NCBI GenBank assembly: GCA_965197905.1 | Contig: CBDAOB010000005.1 | Location: 1,344,001-1,408,000, forward strand | Direction of reading: 5' to 3' | DNA from: Candidatus Latescibacterota bacterium | Lineage (GTDB): Bacteria > Latescibacterota > UBA2968 > UBA8231 | DNA: 64,000 nt | Shown here: piece by piece, positions 19,566-29,708 of the stretch | Layout of the letters: the number at the start of each line of letters is the position of its first letter | How positions within the stretch are numbered: position 1 is the stretch's first letter | Notes under the pieces: generated by a model | Database searches by the model: none | Told to the model about the DNA's origin: nothing | What the model saw: the letters and a program-made list of their open reading frames with translations, nothing else | Position numbers and translations under genes: made by a program

Positions 19566-20360
19566 CTAACCAGAGATATCACGCTTGTCGTCAGAAAACT
19601 TGAATGCCTTGCCTCCAACGAGTTGGTCGCTGGTGATAGTTGAGCACCAGTGTGTCTCGATGTGCTGCACAACCAAATCTGTACCTTCAAAGTGATCCAT
19701 CTCATATCTATGGAAGGAATCAGTCAAGTCACGGCAGAGTAGTGGTTTCCTACCCAAGTAGACAAGCTGGCGAATTCCAAAGGGACGACCTAGTACACAG
19801 GCGTTTGTATGGACGCCCATGACGATGACATCCTCAATGTCTCGGTGTTCAAGCATATTGAATACCTCTTGGCCGTTATCGCTGATTGCGTCCTCCTCAG
19901 CAATCTTGATCGTATCAATCTGACGGGTCCAGGGGTAATGGTCGGCTGGACAGGCGGGTTCGGATAAGTCGCATGAGCACTCCCCTGGATCAGATGGGAA
20001 GGGCGGCTCCCGTTCCTGATTCCAGTATCTCCCAGTGAACTCCATCGCAGCACTTGCATGCGGTGTCTGCTGGGCCTGCGTGCGTTGTGGTGTATCGGCA
20101 TAAAATGCCATGCAATCACTGGGAGCGTGGATGATCAACACTCCTTCCTCTCGAATGCTATTTATCACCTCGTTCATGCGCGGCGCCATTTCGTCTACAC
20201 GCTTGGCGGCCGAGGTACACCAATGTGTGTCCCACATATCGCAGACGATCGCAGCAGTCTTGCCTGGTTTCCACTCGACCTCATCTATGACAACCTGAGA
20301 GGCTGTGCTATCTTCCTCCAATTGGAGACGATAACGCTTGCGTAAGCTATACCCATTCAT
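19566..20360 (-). CDS. Isochorismatase-family hydrolase (cassette-borne)
   Basis: TAAIVCDMW, IIHAPS, MGVHTNACV, RDLTD. Confidence 0.85.
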   Translation of the reverse strand: MNGYSLRKRYRLQLEEDSTASQVVIDEVEWKPGKTAAIVCDMWDTHWCTSAAKRVDEMAPRMNEVINSIREEGVLIIHAPSDCMAFYADTPQRTQAQQTPHASAAMEFTGRYWNQEREPPFPSDPGECSCDLSEPACPADHYPWTRQIDTIKIAEEDAISDNGQEVFNMLEHRDIEDVIVMGVHTNACVLGRPFGIRQLVYLGRKPLLCRDLTDSFHRYEMDHFEGTDLVVQHIETHWCSTITSDQLVGGKAFKFSDDKRDISG

Positions 20361-20552
20361 TTGAGGAGATCCCCTTGTGATCCAGTGTCTCTAAGTTGGA
20401 TGTGAGACGTCTCCGGTTCAGCACTCAGGTTCATTGTTTTTGATGGTTCGGGGAAACTGCGAATTGAGATGATGGGAGAGCGTCGTCCCGGCACCTCGCT
20501 TTGGTTCCTTGAAGGATGTTCAGTTTCACCAGTCCTGGAGCTCATTCTTGTG

Positions 20553-20625
20553 TGATAACGCCACGCATCAGCGGCGCACAGCGAGCGCAACGAGTAGTGC
20601 GTCCGACTGCATGCGCTTGTTAGAC
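20553..20625 (-). other. attC site (73 bp, canonical geometry)
   Basis: Minus: GTCTAAC AAGCGCATGCAGTCGGACGCAC ... GTGCGCCGCTGATGCGTGGC GTTATCA. Confidence 0.9.
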
Positions 20626-20631
20626 TGTATA

Positions 20632-21654
20632 TCAACCTCCAGCGGTACTCAGCATCGCCCTGGTCTCGTCCGTCAGCCGTATGTGCGGCGGGGACATGCC
20701 CGGCAGCAACACACTCGGGTCGCTCTCCACATGCGCCAGTGGATGGAGCTTTGTGAGCGCCGGGTTCGCAGAGTACTCTTTTTCCTCCCGGGGCTCGTTA
20801 AACCAGCACGGCGAAAACTCCAGAATGCGTTTCTGCCGCTCAGTGAGTTCGGGGTCGTTGGTGTCGTACGCGACGTCGCCGTGATGCATGCCAAAAGGAA
20901 CATACTTGTAGAAGAGCGTGCGACGCTCGCCGCTCGCCGCCCACGGAATTGTACCATGTTTGAGCTTCTCAGTGAACAGAATGCAGTCCCCAGCCTTGGC
21001 CTCGACCCGGTGCACCGGCACATCTTCACCCCAGTTTGGCAGCTGCGATGTCCACTCCGTGTCGCACCAGTTCGGCTTCCAGTCGCCGTCAATGTCCAGC
21101 AGTTTCTGCTCGTTGGCCGGCTTGTGTGTGCCCACAACACACCCAAAGCCCCCGTCATCTGGTCCGACGGTCTTGAGTTCATACACACAGGTGATATGAA
21201 AGCTGCCCGGGCCTCCGTGGAGCGTCCCGCCTTTGTCCTCGCCGTCTGTCGGTTTCCGGCCAGGCTTGTAGTGTATATTGTCGTGATCTAGCCGGAACAA
21301 GGTGCGAAGCTCTGCCGGCATGTGTGCAGGGGCATGGCCCCACGACGGGTCACCGAGAATCTCTTCCAAGATGGGCAGCATGGTCTCGTTGTCGATCAGG
21401 TCCCTGTAGGCTTTGCTCCAGAGCCTTCTTCCCACGTACGTGTTGCCATGCCGATCCGTTGTCTGGTGAGTGTCGCGCCCCCGGATGGAGAAGCGGATCT
21501 TTTTATCGGTGCCGCCCTTAGACCGGATCTCCTCCCGCTCAAGGATGTGCTGATCATATACTTCATTGAGCTCGTCGAGCTGCTGTTGATTGAGCACGTC
21601 GGGCACGACGACATAGCCTTGTCGTGCGAATGTGTCGCGCATCGCGTCGTCCAT
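20632..21654 (-). CDS. Phytanoyl-CoA dioxygenase (PhyH) family protein (cassette-borne)
   Basis: F..QGYVVVPDVL, GTHK, AGDCILF..HG..W..ERRT. Confidence 0.82.
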   Translation of the reverse strand: MDDAMRDTFARQGYVVVPDVLNQQQLDELNEVYDQHILEREEIRSKGGTDKKIRFSIRGRDTHQTTDRHGNTYVGRRLWSKAYRDLIDNETMLPILEEILGDPSWGHAPAHMPAELRTLFRLDHDNIHYKPGRKPTDGEDKGGTLHGGPGSFHITCVYELKTVGPDDGGFGCVVGTHKPANEQKLLDIDGDWKPNWCDTEWTSQLPNWGEDVPVHRVEAKAGDCILFTEKLKHGTIPWAASGERRTLFYKYVPFGMHHGDVAYDTNDPELTERQKRILEFSPCWFNEPREEKEYSANPALTKLHPLAHVESDPSVLLPGMSPPHIRLTDETRAMLSTAGG

Positions 21655-21681
21655 CTTCTAATCTCCTCGACGTGTAAGAAG

Positions 21682-21860
21682 TAAGTACGTGTTCATAAGT
21701 TTGGGTTGATTTTAAGTGATTTGAAAATCGATGCGATATTGCTGACCGTAATGTCTGAGGATGTGCTGTATCGAATCGAGTAAGGCTTTGAAATCCGTGT
21801 ACGCCGCAAAAGGCAACCACTTATACTTTATCCGCCGCCACAGAATCTCAATCTTCTTAG
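21682..21860 (-). mobile_element. IS630-family transposase 3' remnant
   Basis: IEILWRRIKYKWLPF..YGQQYRIDF followed by a terminus ending GTACTTA. Confidence 0.7.
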
Positions 21861-22012
21861 CTTGGGCGGATTGGTTGCTTGTGGTCCCACTGGTAATTTC
21901 GGGAAGCATTCGTGTGATTCTTGGGCATGCTTGGGGTTATGTCCTTTGGGTACCCACGTAACAATTGTTGGTTGCAGAGTTCTGCCTCCAATCTTAATGT
22001 TGCATGCAAGCA

Positions 22013-22235
22013 GTCTAACAATACAGTACGTGGACGTCCTCATTATCTGGCCTTACTTTTCGCCTGCCCCCACTGCGCCGACACCTTCGCCACACCAACT
22101 AAACAGCGTTAACTCCTGCAACGCAAACGAAGTTCGGCGAGGTGAGCCCTGCCAAGCTGCCCACCTCGTCGGCCCCTTTCGCGGCATATCTGATTATTAC
22201 GTGGCAAATTGGGACATTCACATTTAGTCGACGGC
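22013..22235 (-). other. Degenerate long attC (or attI) heading the array
   Basis: R' GTTAGACTG matches the PhyH cassette inverse core at 20619; ATGTGAATGTCC pairs with GGACGTCCACGT, but no intact R''. Confidence 0.55.
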
Positions 22236-22360
22236 GTACACCCTACACCGTCGTTGCCTCCAAATATCAAGGCGATCCGGAAAGCACGATAGCGGCATAA
22301 TGGGGGCGGCACCGCTGCCATCAGGGCTCTCGATGTTACTCACGTCCCGTAGTGCACAGG

Positions 22361-22520
22361 TGAAGTGTACCTGGGCCGCCGTGAACCCAACATCTAGAGC
22401 CCGTCAGGAACCGAAATCCACGCCACACTAGGCGCCGCGCCGCTTCGGCCGCGTCGCGAGCCGCCAAACGAACCGATACATCGCCCAGTTCACGCACCCG
22501 CTGGCTTGCCGCGACTACCA
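22361..22520 (+). mobile_element. IS91/ISCR 3' non-coding remnant
   Basis: Near-identical to 458-608. Confidence 0.75.
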
Positions 22521-22645
22521 ATGGCACGAGGTGAAATTGAGCTTTTGAGATGGCGATTGACAACATTAAGGGGTGGTCGTATAGTCGGTGCGATCCGAGA
22601 ATAATGCGTTTAAGAAAGCACTGAATTCCATCTGGGAAATGTCTT

Positions 22646-24775
22646 TTGGAGGTAACGCAGATGTCGCAACAGAAGCGTCTTGAACACCCCGAGACACCGT
22701 TTCCCGTGGGGGTGGAATACTATAGGGCACCGATCCCCAAGCAGGAGTGCTGGGACGAGGATCTTGCCAGGCTGCGTGCGGCGGGTTTTGGCGTTATACG
22801 CAGCGCTTCCTACTGGAACTGGATGGAGCCTCGACCAGGCCAATACGAGCTTGACGATTTCGATAGGCTGTTCGACTTGGCGAAGAAACACGGATTGTAT
22901 GTATGGTTGGACATCATGCTAAACACTCATGGTGCATGTCCGGAATGGTTGATGAGGGAGTATCCTGACATGCGTATTGTAAACTATCGGGGAGAACCGG
23001 CCCATTCTTATGCTGGTGGGGCAATCCCTCAGGGCGGCATGACGCATTGCTACGACCATCCAGCATGGCGGGAGTACGGGGGAGCTTTGCTCCGGCACAT
23101 TGTGCATCGGTACAAGGATCGGCCCAATCTGCTCATCTGGGGGCTGTGGGATGGCATCCAGCCAGCATCGGCCAAGAACTCGGAGCATTACCCTTGCTAC
23201 TGCGATTACACCATCGCCAAATATAAGGCCTGGCTGAGGGAGCGGTTCACGCTAGATGAGCTAAATGCACGGTTGCTCCGTCGCTACCGCCGCTGGGAGG
23301 ATGTGGAGCCGCCGCGATCCAACCATGCCATAGTAGAGATGCTGCCCTACCGACAGTTCCACTACGAAAATCTGGTAGAGCAGCTCAAGTGGATGGTTAA
23401 GGAGGTGGAGAGTATCGACCCTCATCATGAGATGCGGGCACATTCAACCTCGAGACCCCGGCCCTTTGATGAGCAATGCGCCCGCCACATAGACAGTTGG
23501 GGCATGTCCATGAGTTCCAATGACCTGCTTGCCTCTGAAGACCCTTATAAGATTGCGGAGCGGGTCTTTGCTTTCGATTGGTCGCGCAGCGTGGGGCGCA
23601 ACGGGCGCTGGTGGATCGAGGAGATCTACGCCGGCATGAGTCCCGCCGGAGTGGGCTGGAAGACCAAGCAGTCCGACCCTCGTGAGCTGACCACTTTGCT
23701 TTGGATGTCCCTGGCCGGTGGGGCGGCGGGTGCCATGTTCTGGCAGTACCGGCCCGAATACCTCAGCTTCGAGTCGCCGGGCTTTAACCTGGTGGCCCTG
23801 GACGGTGAGCCAACGCCTCGCTTTGAGGGTGTGGCCCATGCAATCCAGCAGATCAAGGGCCTGAAGGACCACTTGCCCCTGGAGTGCCCTAAGGCAGAGG
23901 TGGGCATTGTTTACCACCCCCAGTCACAGGAGTTGTTTGGCTTCGACGACCAGTGGGGATGGGATGGCGTTAAACGCTATCTGGCCGACTTGCGCGGGGT
24001 GTACCGTACCTTGTGGACCCATGGTATACCTGCTGACGTGGTGACACCTCAGATGGACTGGTCGGGCTACCGGCTGCTGTTCCTACCCAATGTGGCATTG
24101 ATGACAGAGGAGGTGCAGCAACGGATTATGCGTACGCTGAAGGATAGCCCTGAGACCCATCTGGTTGCGGAGGGTAGCTTTGGCATGTACTCCGGCGATG
24201 GACAGTCCAGCTACCACCCGCCCGAAGGGTTTGCACAGCACTTTGGCGTGCGTGTGGCGGACGTCAACCGCGTGACCGAACTTGACATCCAGCAAGGGCA
24301 GAACACGATGGAGACCCCCTACGGCACAGTCACCATTACGACACCCTGTGGATACGCGGTCCTTGAGCCGAGAGGTGGAACCAAGGCCATTGCATCCCTG
24401 GGTACCGACACCGTGGCGGTGCGTACGGCGGACGGCCGTTTCACCTGTTATGGGTTGACCTTCTCCGCGGGATTTGGGGATGTGGGGCTGCCCAAGCTGG
24501 TGCTAGGCCAGGCTAAAGAGTTTGGTATTCAGCCACCCGTGATTGTAGAGGGAGACAGAGTGGTGCCGGTGGTGAGACGCTCTCAGCAGGGTGGCTGGTT
24601 ACTATTCTTGTTCAACATCGAGGACAAAAAGGCTCGGGTGACACTCCGTCCACAGTGGAAGACGAAGAAGGCGCAAGAGTTGCTCAAGGGCTCCACACTC
24701 TCTCTCGCTGATGGTACTTTCAGTCTTACGGTAGAGTCCTGGAGTGTGAGCGTGATTCACTGTGCCGTGGGATGA
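22646..24775 (+). CDS. GH42-like (beta-galactosidase family) protein, copy 1
   Basis: GVEYY, W..MEPRPGQY, CYC, FWQYR and C-terminal trimerisation domain; start may be 22661. Confidence 0.87.
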   Translation: MEVTQMSQQKRLEHPETPFPVGVEYYRAPIPKQECWDEDLARLRAAGFGVIRSASYWNWMEPRPGQYELDDFDRLFDLAKKHGLYVWLDIMLNTHGACPEWLMREYPDMRIVNYRGEPAHSYAGGAIPQGGMTHCYDHPAWREYGGALLRHIVHRYKDRPNLLIWGLWDGIQPASAKNSEHYPCYCDYTIAKYKAWLRERFTLDELNARLLRRYRRWEDVEPPRSNHAIVEMLPYRQFHYENLVEQLKWMVKEVESIDPHHEMRAHSTSRPRPFDEQCARHIDSWGMSMSSNDLLASEDPYKIAERVFAFDWSRSVGRNGRWWIEEIYAGMSPAGVGWKTKQSDPRELTTLLWMSLAGGAAGAMFWQYRPEYLSFESPGFNLVALDGEPTPRFEGVAHAIQQIKGLKDHLPLECPKAEVGIVYHPQSQELFGFDDQWGWDGVKRYLADLRGVYRTLWTHGIPADVVTPQMDWSGYRLLFLPNVALMTEEVQQRIMRTLKDSPETHLVAEGSFGMYSGDGQSSYHPPEGFAQHFGVRVADVNRVTELDIQQGQNTMETPYGTVTITTPCGYAVLEPRGGTKAIASLGTDTVAVRTADGRFTCYGLTFSAGFGDVGLPKLVLGQAKEFGIQPPVIVEGDRVVPVVRRSQQGGWLLFLFNIEDKKARVTLRPQWKTKKAQELLKGSTLSLADGTFSLTVESWSVSVIHCAVG

Positions 24776-24784
24776 CGACATACA

Positions 24785-25199
24785 GGGCAGGATCAGACGC
24801 CCGCAGCTACCTATCGCCGCTCCTGGGCCACATTGTTGGCACGGGTTTTTCGCCTCGAGGTGACAAGGTGTCCGGAATGCGGCGGCCCGATGAGGATCAT
24901 CGCCGCCTTCACCGACCCAACATCGATCCGCCGCTATCTGCACGGCATGGGCCTGCCAGCGCGGGCGCCGCCGATCGCACCCGCACGACCCCAACCGCAG
25001 ACTGAATTCGACTACGCCTGATCCTCTGCGGGCGAGGTATGTCTACAGGCTGCGCAAAAGCGGCGTGCAGGCGCCCGAAGTGGAAGCGATAGCCTACAAG
25101 GAATGAGTAGCAGGCGAAATTTTCCTCCGGGGACTGGGAAGTAACAAAATCATTCAGAGTGTGCTTGCAGGCAGAGGCTGGTAAGGCTTTTCTTTTATT
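24785..25199 (+). mobile_element. IS91/ISCR transposase C-terminal remnant plus downstream end
   Basis: SWATLLARVFRLEVTRCPECGGPMRIIAAFTDP..RAPPIAPAR..FDYA stop at 25021. Confidence 0.85.
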
Positions 25200-25241
25200 G
25201 TTTTGTAGAACGCCCAAATGGGCCGCAGAGGAGGTGTATGG

Positions 25242-27360
25242 ATGGACAAAGCGAAGCGTCTTGAGCATCCCGAGACTCCGTTCCCCATAGGTGTCGAGTA
25301 CTATAGAGCGCCCATCCCCAAGCAGGAGTGCTGGGACGAGGACTTTGCCCGGCTGCGTGCGGCCGGTTTTCGCGTTGTACGTAGCGCTTCCTACTGGAAT
25401 TGGATGGAGCCTCGACCAGGCCAATATGAGCTGGAAGATTTTGACCAGCTGTTCGACTTGGCGGAGAAACATGGATTGTATGTATGGCTAGACATCATGC
25501 TAAGCACTCATGGTGCATGTCCGGAATGGTTGATGAGGGAGTATCCCGACATTCGTATTGTAAACTATCGGGGCGAACCAGCCCTTGATTATCGCGCTGG
25601 GGCGTTCCCTCAAGGCGGCATAAGACATTGCTATGACCACCCGGCCTGGCGTGAGTACGGGGGGGCTCTGCTACGCCATGTGGTGAACCGGTATAAAGAC
25701 CGTCCTAACCTGCTCATCTGGGGGCTGTGGGATGGCGTCGCTCCAGCATCGTCCGGGCACTCGGAAAAATACCCTTGCTACTGCGACTGCACCGTCGCTA
25801 AATATATGGCCTGGCTGCGAGAGCGGTTCACGCTGGAGGAACTGAACAGGCGGCTGCTCCGTCGATACCGCCGCTGGGAGGATCCCCGTGGAGCCGCCGC
25901 GATCCAACCAAGCCATAGTAGAGATGCTGCCCTACCGACAGTTCCACTATGAAAATCTAGTGGATCACCTAAAATGGATGGTAAACGAGGTGGAGCAGAT
26001 AGACCCGAAACACGAGATGCGGGCACATTCACTCTCGAGACCCCGACCCTGGGATGAGCAATGCGCCTGCCAGGTGGACAGTTGGGGCATGTCCATGAGC
26101 TCCAATGATCTGCTCACCTCTGAGGATCCTTATAAGATTGCGGAGCGGGCCTTTGCTTTCGATTGGACACGCAGCGTGGGGCGCAATGGGCGCTGGTGGA
26201 ACGAGGAAATCTACGCCGGCATGAGTCCCGCCGGAGTGGGCTGGGAGACCAAGCAGTCCGACCCTCGGGAACTGACGATGTTGTTGTGGATGACCCTGGC
26301 CGGAGGAGCGGCGGGCGCTATGTTCTGGCAGTACCGACCCGAGTATCTCAGCTTCGAGTCGCCGGGCTTCAACCTGGTGGCCCTGGACGGTGAGCCGACT
26401 CCTCGCTTTGAGGGCGTGGCCCATGCAATTCAGCAGATCGAGGGCCTTAAGGACCACTTGCCCCTGGAGTGCCCCAAGGCAGATGTAGCAATCGTTTATC
26501 ACTCCCAGTCCCACGAAGTCTTTGGCTTCAGCGACCGGTCGCTGAAGGCATACGACGCAAGATACATGGCCGACCTGCGTGGGGTATATAGAACGTTGTG
26601 GACCCATGGCATACCCGCTGATGTGGTGACGCCTCGGATGGACTGGTCGGGCTACCGGTTGCTGTTTCTACCCAATGTGGCATTGATGACAGAGGAGATG
26701 CAGCAACGGATTATGCGTACGCTGAAGGAAAGCCCGGAGACGCGTCTGGTTGCGGAGGGCAGCTTCGGCATGTACTCCAGCGACGGCCAGTCCAGCTATC
26801 TTCCACCCGAAGGGTTTGCAGAGCTTTTTGGCATGCGCGTGTCGGACCTCAGCCGTGTGACCGAACGTGACATCCAGCAGGGGCAGAACAGGATGGAGAC
26901 TCCCTACAGCCCGGTCACCATTACGACACCGTGCGGATACGCGGTCCTTGAGCCAAGAGGTGGAACCAAGGCCATCGCATCCCTGGGTACCGACACCGTG
27001 GCAGTGCGAACGGAGGATGGACGCTTTACCTGGTACGGGTTGACCTTCTCCGCTGGATTTGGGGATGTGGGGCAGCCCACGCTGGTGCTGGGCCTGGCCA
27101 AGGAGTTTGGTGTTCAGCCGCCCGTGACTGTAGAAGGAGACAGGGTGGTGCCGGTGGTGAGACGCTCACGGCAAGGTGGCTGTTTGCTGTTCCTGTTCAA
27201 CGTCGAGGACAAAGAAGCTCAGGTGACACTATGTCCACAGTGGAAGACGAGGGAGGCGCAAGACTTGCTCAAGGGCTCCACGCTCTCTCTCACTGATGGT
27301 GCTTTTAGTCTTACAGTAGAGCCCTGGAGTGTGGATGTGATTCACTGTGCCGATGAATGA
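25242..27360 (+). pseudogene. GH42-like protein, copy 2, frameshifted by a CCCC insertion near 25884
   Basis: Collinear with copy 1; GAGGATccccGTGGAG versus GAGGATGTGGAG. Confidence 0.85.
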
Positions 27361-27422
27361 TACATTACAATAAGCCGGGACTTCCAAATCTTGATTGTTG
27401 TCGAGTAAACTACACATGGTGG

Positions 27423-29648
27423 TTACTCGTCAGCCAACTCCACCAGCACAACCTCCTCGATATGCACCTTTGGCACCAGAATCGTAGTCGGATCGTTCGT
27501 TACTTCCAACGGCCGGTTTTGAAAAGGAAGGGAAGCAGACTTTGCTTTGAAGTCGTTCAACTTGATGACGACATCATGCACAGGTAGCAATTCATCAATA
27601 TGAAAGTACTTTGCTCTGTCTGCCCGTGAGGTCCTCCAGGGGACAAAGGGCAACGGATTGTTGAGGAGATGAATCATCAACTGGCCTGGCTTGCGGTTAA
27701 AAGCCGACAGCTCTATTACTCGCGGCGCCTCTAACTCTATAGATGGCTCGGCCATTCGTGCTAGATGAGAGATAAATCGCTTCAACTGTGGGAGAGGGCT
27801 ACGGTTGTAACCATCTCCGATGTCTCCACAAACGTATATGGCTTTCCCTTTTCCGAAGGTGTTAGTAGTAACGGCAGGCAATCCTGAGTCGTAGTTTGCA
27901 TAGGCATAGAACTTTGCAAGGGGCGGCTCATGTCCCTTCCACCTAAGGTTGCTTTTTGTGAAAAGGACTTCGGGTTCGTTGCCCCGCCTTGTAGAGATGC
28001 TCGATTGTTTTGCTCCGAAGGCGACAGCGTGACCAAATTCGTCTCTTAGAGCTTCGGATTGGGGTACGTAGATGTTACTTTCGGTGGGGTCGATTTCGCC
28101 AAGTTTAGTGTCGATCTTTACTGGCTCTTGGACTTCAGAAGCTTGATAGTCAACGCCCAAAACGTCGGCCAGCCCGAAGTTATCTCTCTTCTGGCCGAGT
28201 TCATCACAGAGAGATGTCTCATGTGTGGCGATGAGACCCCCCCCCTCCGAGACGAACCGCCTTATTTCATCAACCTGACGGTCTGAGAGACAGGCACTGT
28301 TGGAAAGAAAGAGAACCTTGTAAGGTGAGAGTTTCTCGTATGTGAGTTGCTGATCGAAGAGGACTTCCGTGAGTATGTGAGATCGTTTAAGCATCTCGTG
28401 GCTTCCTCTGAGCAGGGTCCAGAAACCATCGGGATTATCATGGTACCGGAAGTCCCTCGTCTGCTGAGAAACGTGGAGGGCCAGGTGCTTGACCGATTCT
28501 CCACCCACATATGACTGAAGCTTTTTCACTTCGGAGAATACGGATTTAAGCGCATCCCCATATATAGTATGGTCTCCTGCATCAAGACCGACCGTGTTGG
28601 ATGCTCCTCCTTTGACGACGGCGGATAGGGCATGGATGGTGGCAGAGATAGGCACAGGATAAGGTACCGTCCCTACCTCGGGAGCACTCTGGTCTCCATG
28701 ATAGAAGAATCCGAAGGTCGGGCCTGCCGCTCTCAGCAGCTTAGCTAGAAAACTCGCTCCCAGATTTTCAATGCCTGCCTCCAGAAAGAAGTGGGTAGTA
28801 TCTGGCAGTGGATTGAGCGGGTGGGCTGTTTGCCAGCCTGTGTCGTGTGTCTTGTGATATTGGCGTCCGTAATAGTATGGGCGTCCGTAATAGTTCCAAT
28901 CTATGATTACGTCGGGGTGTCTGGCGTATATGCCCTTCGCCACATGTTCAACACCCTCATTAAACTTTTCATAGCGCCAGTTGATATAACGTTTGAAGTC
29001 AAGGGAGGCCATATCTACCTTCGTGGGAAGCTCTTTACCGCTCTCTTTAAGATAGAACTCCCGGCAATACGAACATATGCAACCGACAGTTCGCCTCTGG
29101 CCGGCATCAGAGTGTGAGCCCCAGTTCATATCGTCGAAGTAGATGCCATCGAAATCAAAGTAGTCGAGCATCTCGTTCAGGTATTTAGGTAGCCAGTCCC
29201 GATAGGGGGAGTTCCAGCAAAACCAGCCCTCGTTCCACACCTCCTCTCCACCATCGTCCAGCATCTGGATCATCCATTCAGGTTTTACTTTCAATAACTG
29301 TGTGGTGAAGATGAACGGATAGTAGGTCAGTACTAGTATGCCCTTTTTGTGCGCCAGATCGAGGAACCTGGAGATGCGCTCCGGGTCTGCGTCTGGAGGT
29401 GTCTCCAGCATCTTGGAGGGCCATAGCGGTATGCCCCGGCTCCCGCTCTTGGTGGCGTGGACGACCCAGACCTCGGTGCCCGCATCGGCGATGGCGTTGA
29501 TCTCCTGCTCCATAGTGGCACGTGCGACGGAGCTGCTACCGGCTGCTGGAGGATTCAGACAGGTAGGATATTTCTCAATCCTGCAAACCCTCTTTTCGTA
29601 GGGGAGTTCACTTAGTCTTTGCGCTGTTGAACCTAGCCGCTCAGTCAT
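27423..29648 (-). CDS. Putative glycoside hydrolase (GHL6-like TIM barrel plus trimerisation domain)
   Basis: CWNSPYR, DGIYFD, CICSYC, LFLSNSACLSD, FV..GGGLIAT. Confidence 0.75.
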   Translation of the reverse strand: MTERLGSTAQRLSELPYEKRVCRIEKYPTCLNPPAAGSSSVARATMEQEINAIADAGTEVWVVHATKSGSRGIPLWPSKMLETPPDADPERISRFLDLAHKKGILVLTYYPFIFTTQLLKVKPEWMIQMLDDGGEEVWNEGWFCWNSPYRDWLPKYLNEMLDYFDFDGIYFDDMNWGSHSDAGQRRTVGCICSYCREFYLKESGKELPTKVDMASLDFKRYINWRYEKFNEGVEHVAKGIYARHPDVIIDWNYYGRPYYYGRQYHKTHDTGWQTAHPLNPLPDTTHFFLEAGIENLGASFLAKLLRAAGPTFGFFYHGDQSAPEVGTVPYPVPISATIHALSAVVKGGASNTVGLDAGDHTIYGDALKSVFSEVKKLQSYVGGESVKHLALHVSQQTRDFRYHDNPDGFWTLLRGSHEMLKRSHILTEVLFDQQLTYEKLSPYKVLFLSNSACLSDRQVDEIRRFVSEGGGLIATHETSLCDELGQKRDNFGLADVLGVDYQASEVQEPVKIDTKLGEIDPTESNIYVPQSEALRDEFGHAVAFGAKQSSISTRRGNEPEVLFTKSNLRWKGHEPPLAKFYAYANYDSGLPAVTTNTFGKGKAIYVCGDIGDGYNRSPLPQLKRFISHLARMAEPSIELEAPRVIELSAFNRKPGQLMIHLLNNPLPFVPWRTSRADRAKYFHIDELLPVHDVVIKLNDFKAKSASLPFQNRPLEVTNDPTTILVPKVHIEEVVLVELADE

Positions 29649-29708
29649 GTTTTTTCTCCTTGTTGTTCGCTTGCCGTAATAATTACTTTCACGATATGCA
29701 CCAGTCAG

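Larger units (their letters stand above)
9302..22019 (-). mobile_element. Integron gene-cassette array with no integrase in the window (CALIN-like), nine cassettes
   Basis: Nine attC sites separate co-oriented minus-strand ORFs; cassette 5' cores match their own inverse cores. Confidence 0.9.

Noticed and set aside
9302..20625. CRISPR array
   Set aside because: The repeats are divergent hairpins separated by whole genes; no short regular spacers or cas genes were seen anywhere in the window.
28861..28894. 18-bp in-frame tandem duplication (YYGRP/YYGRQ)
   Set aside because: A small local duplication with no evident wider significance.
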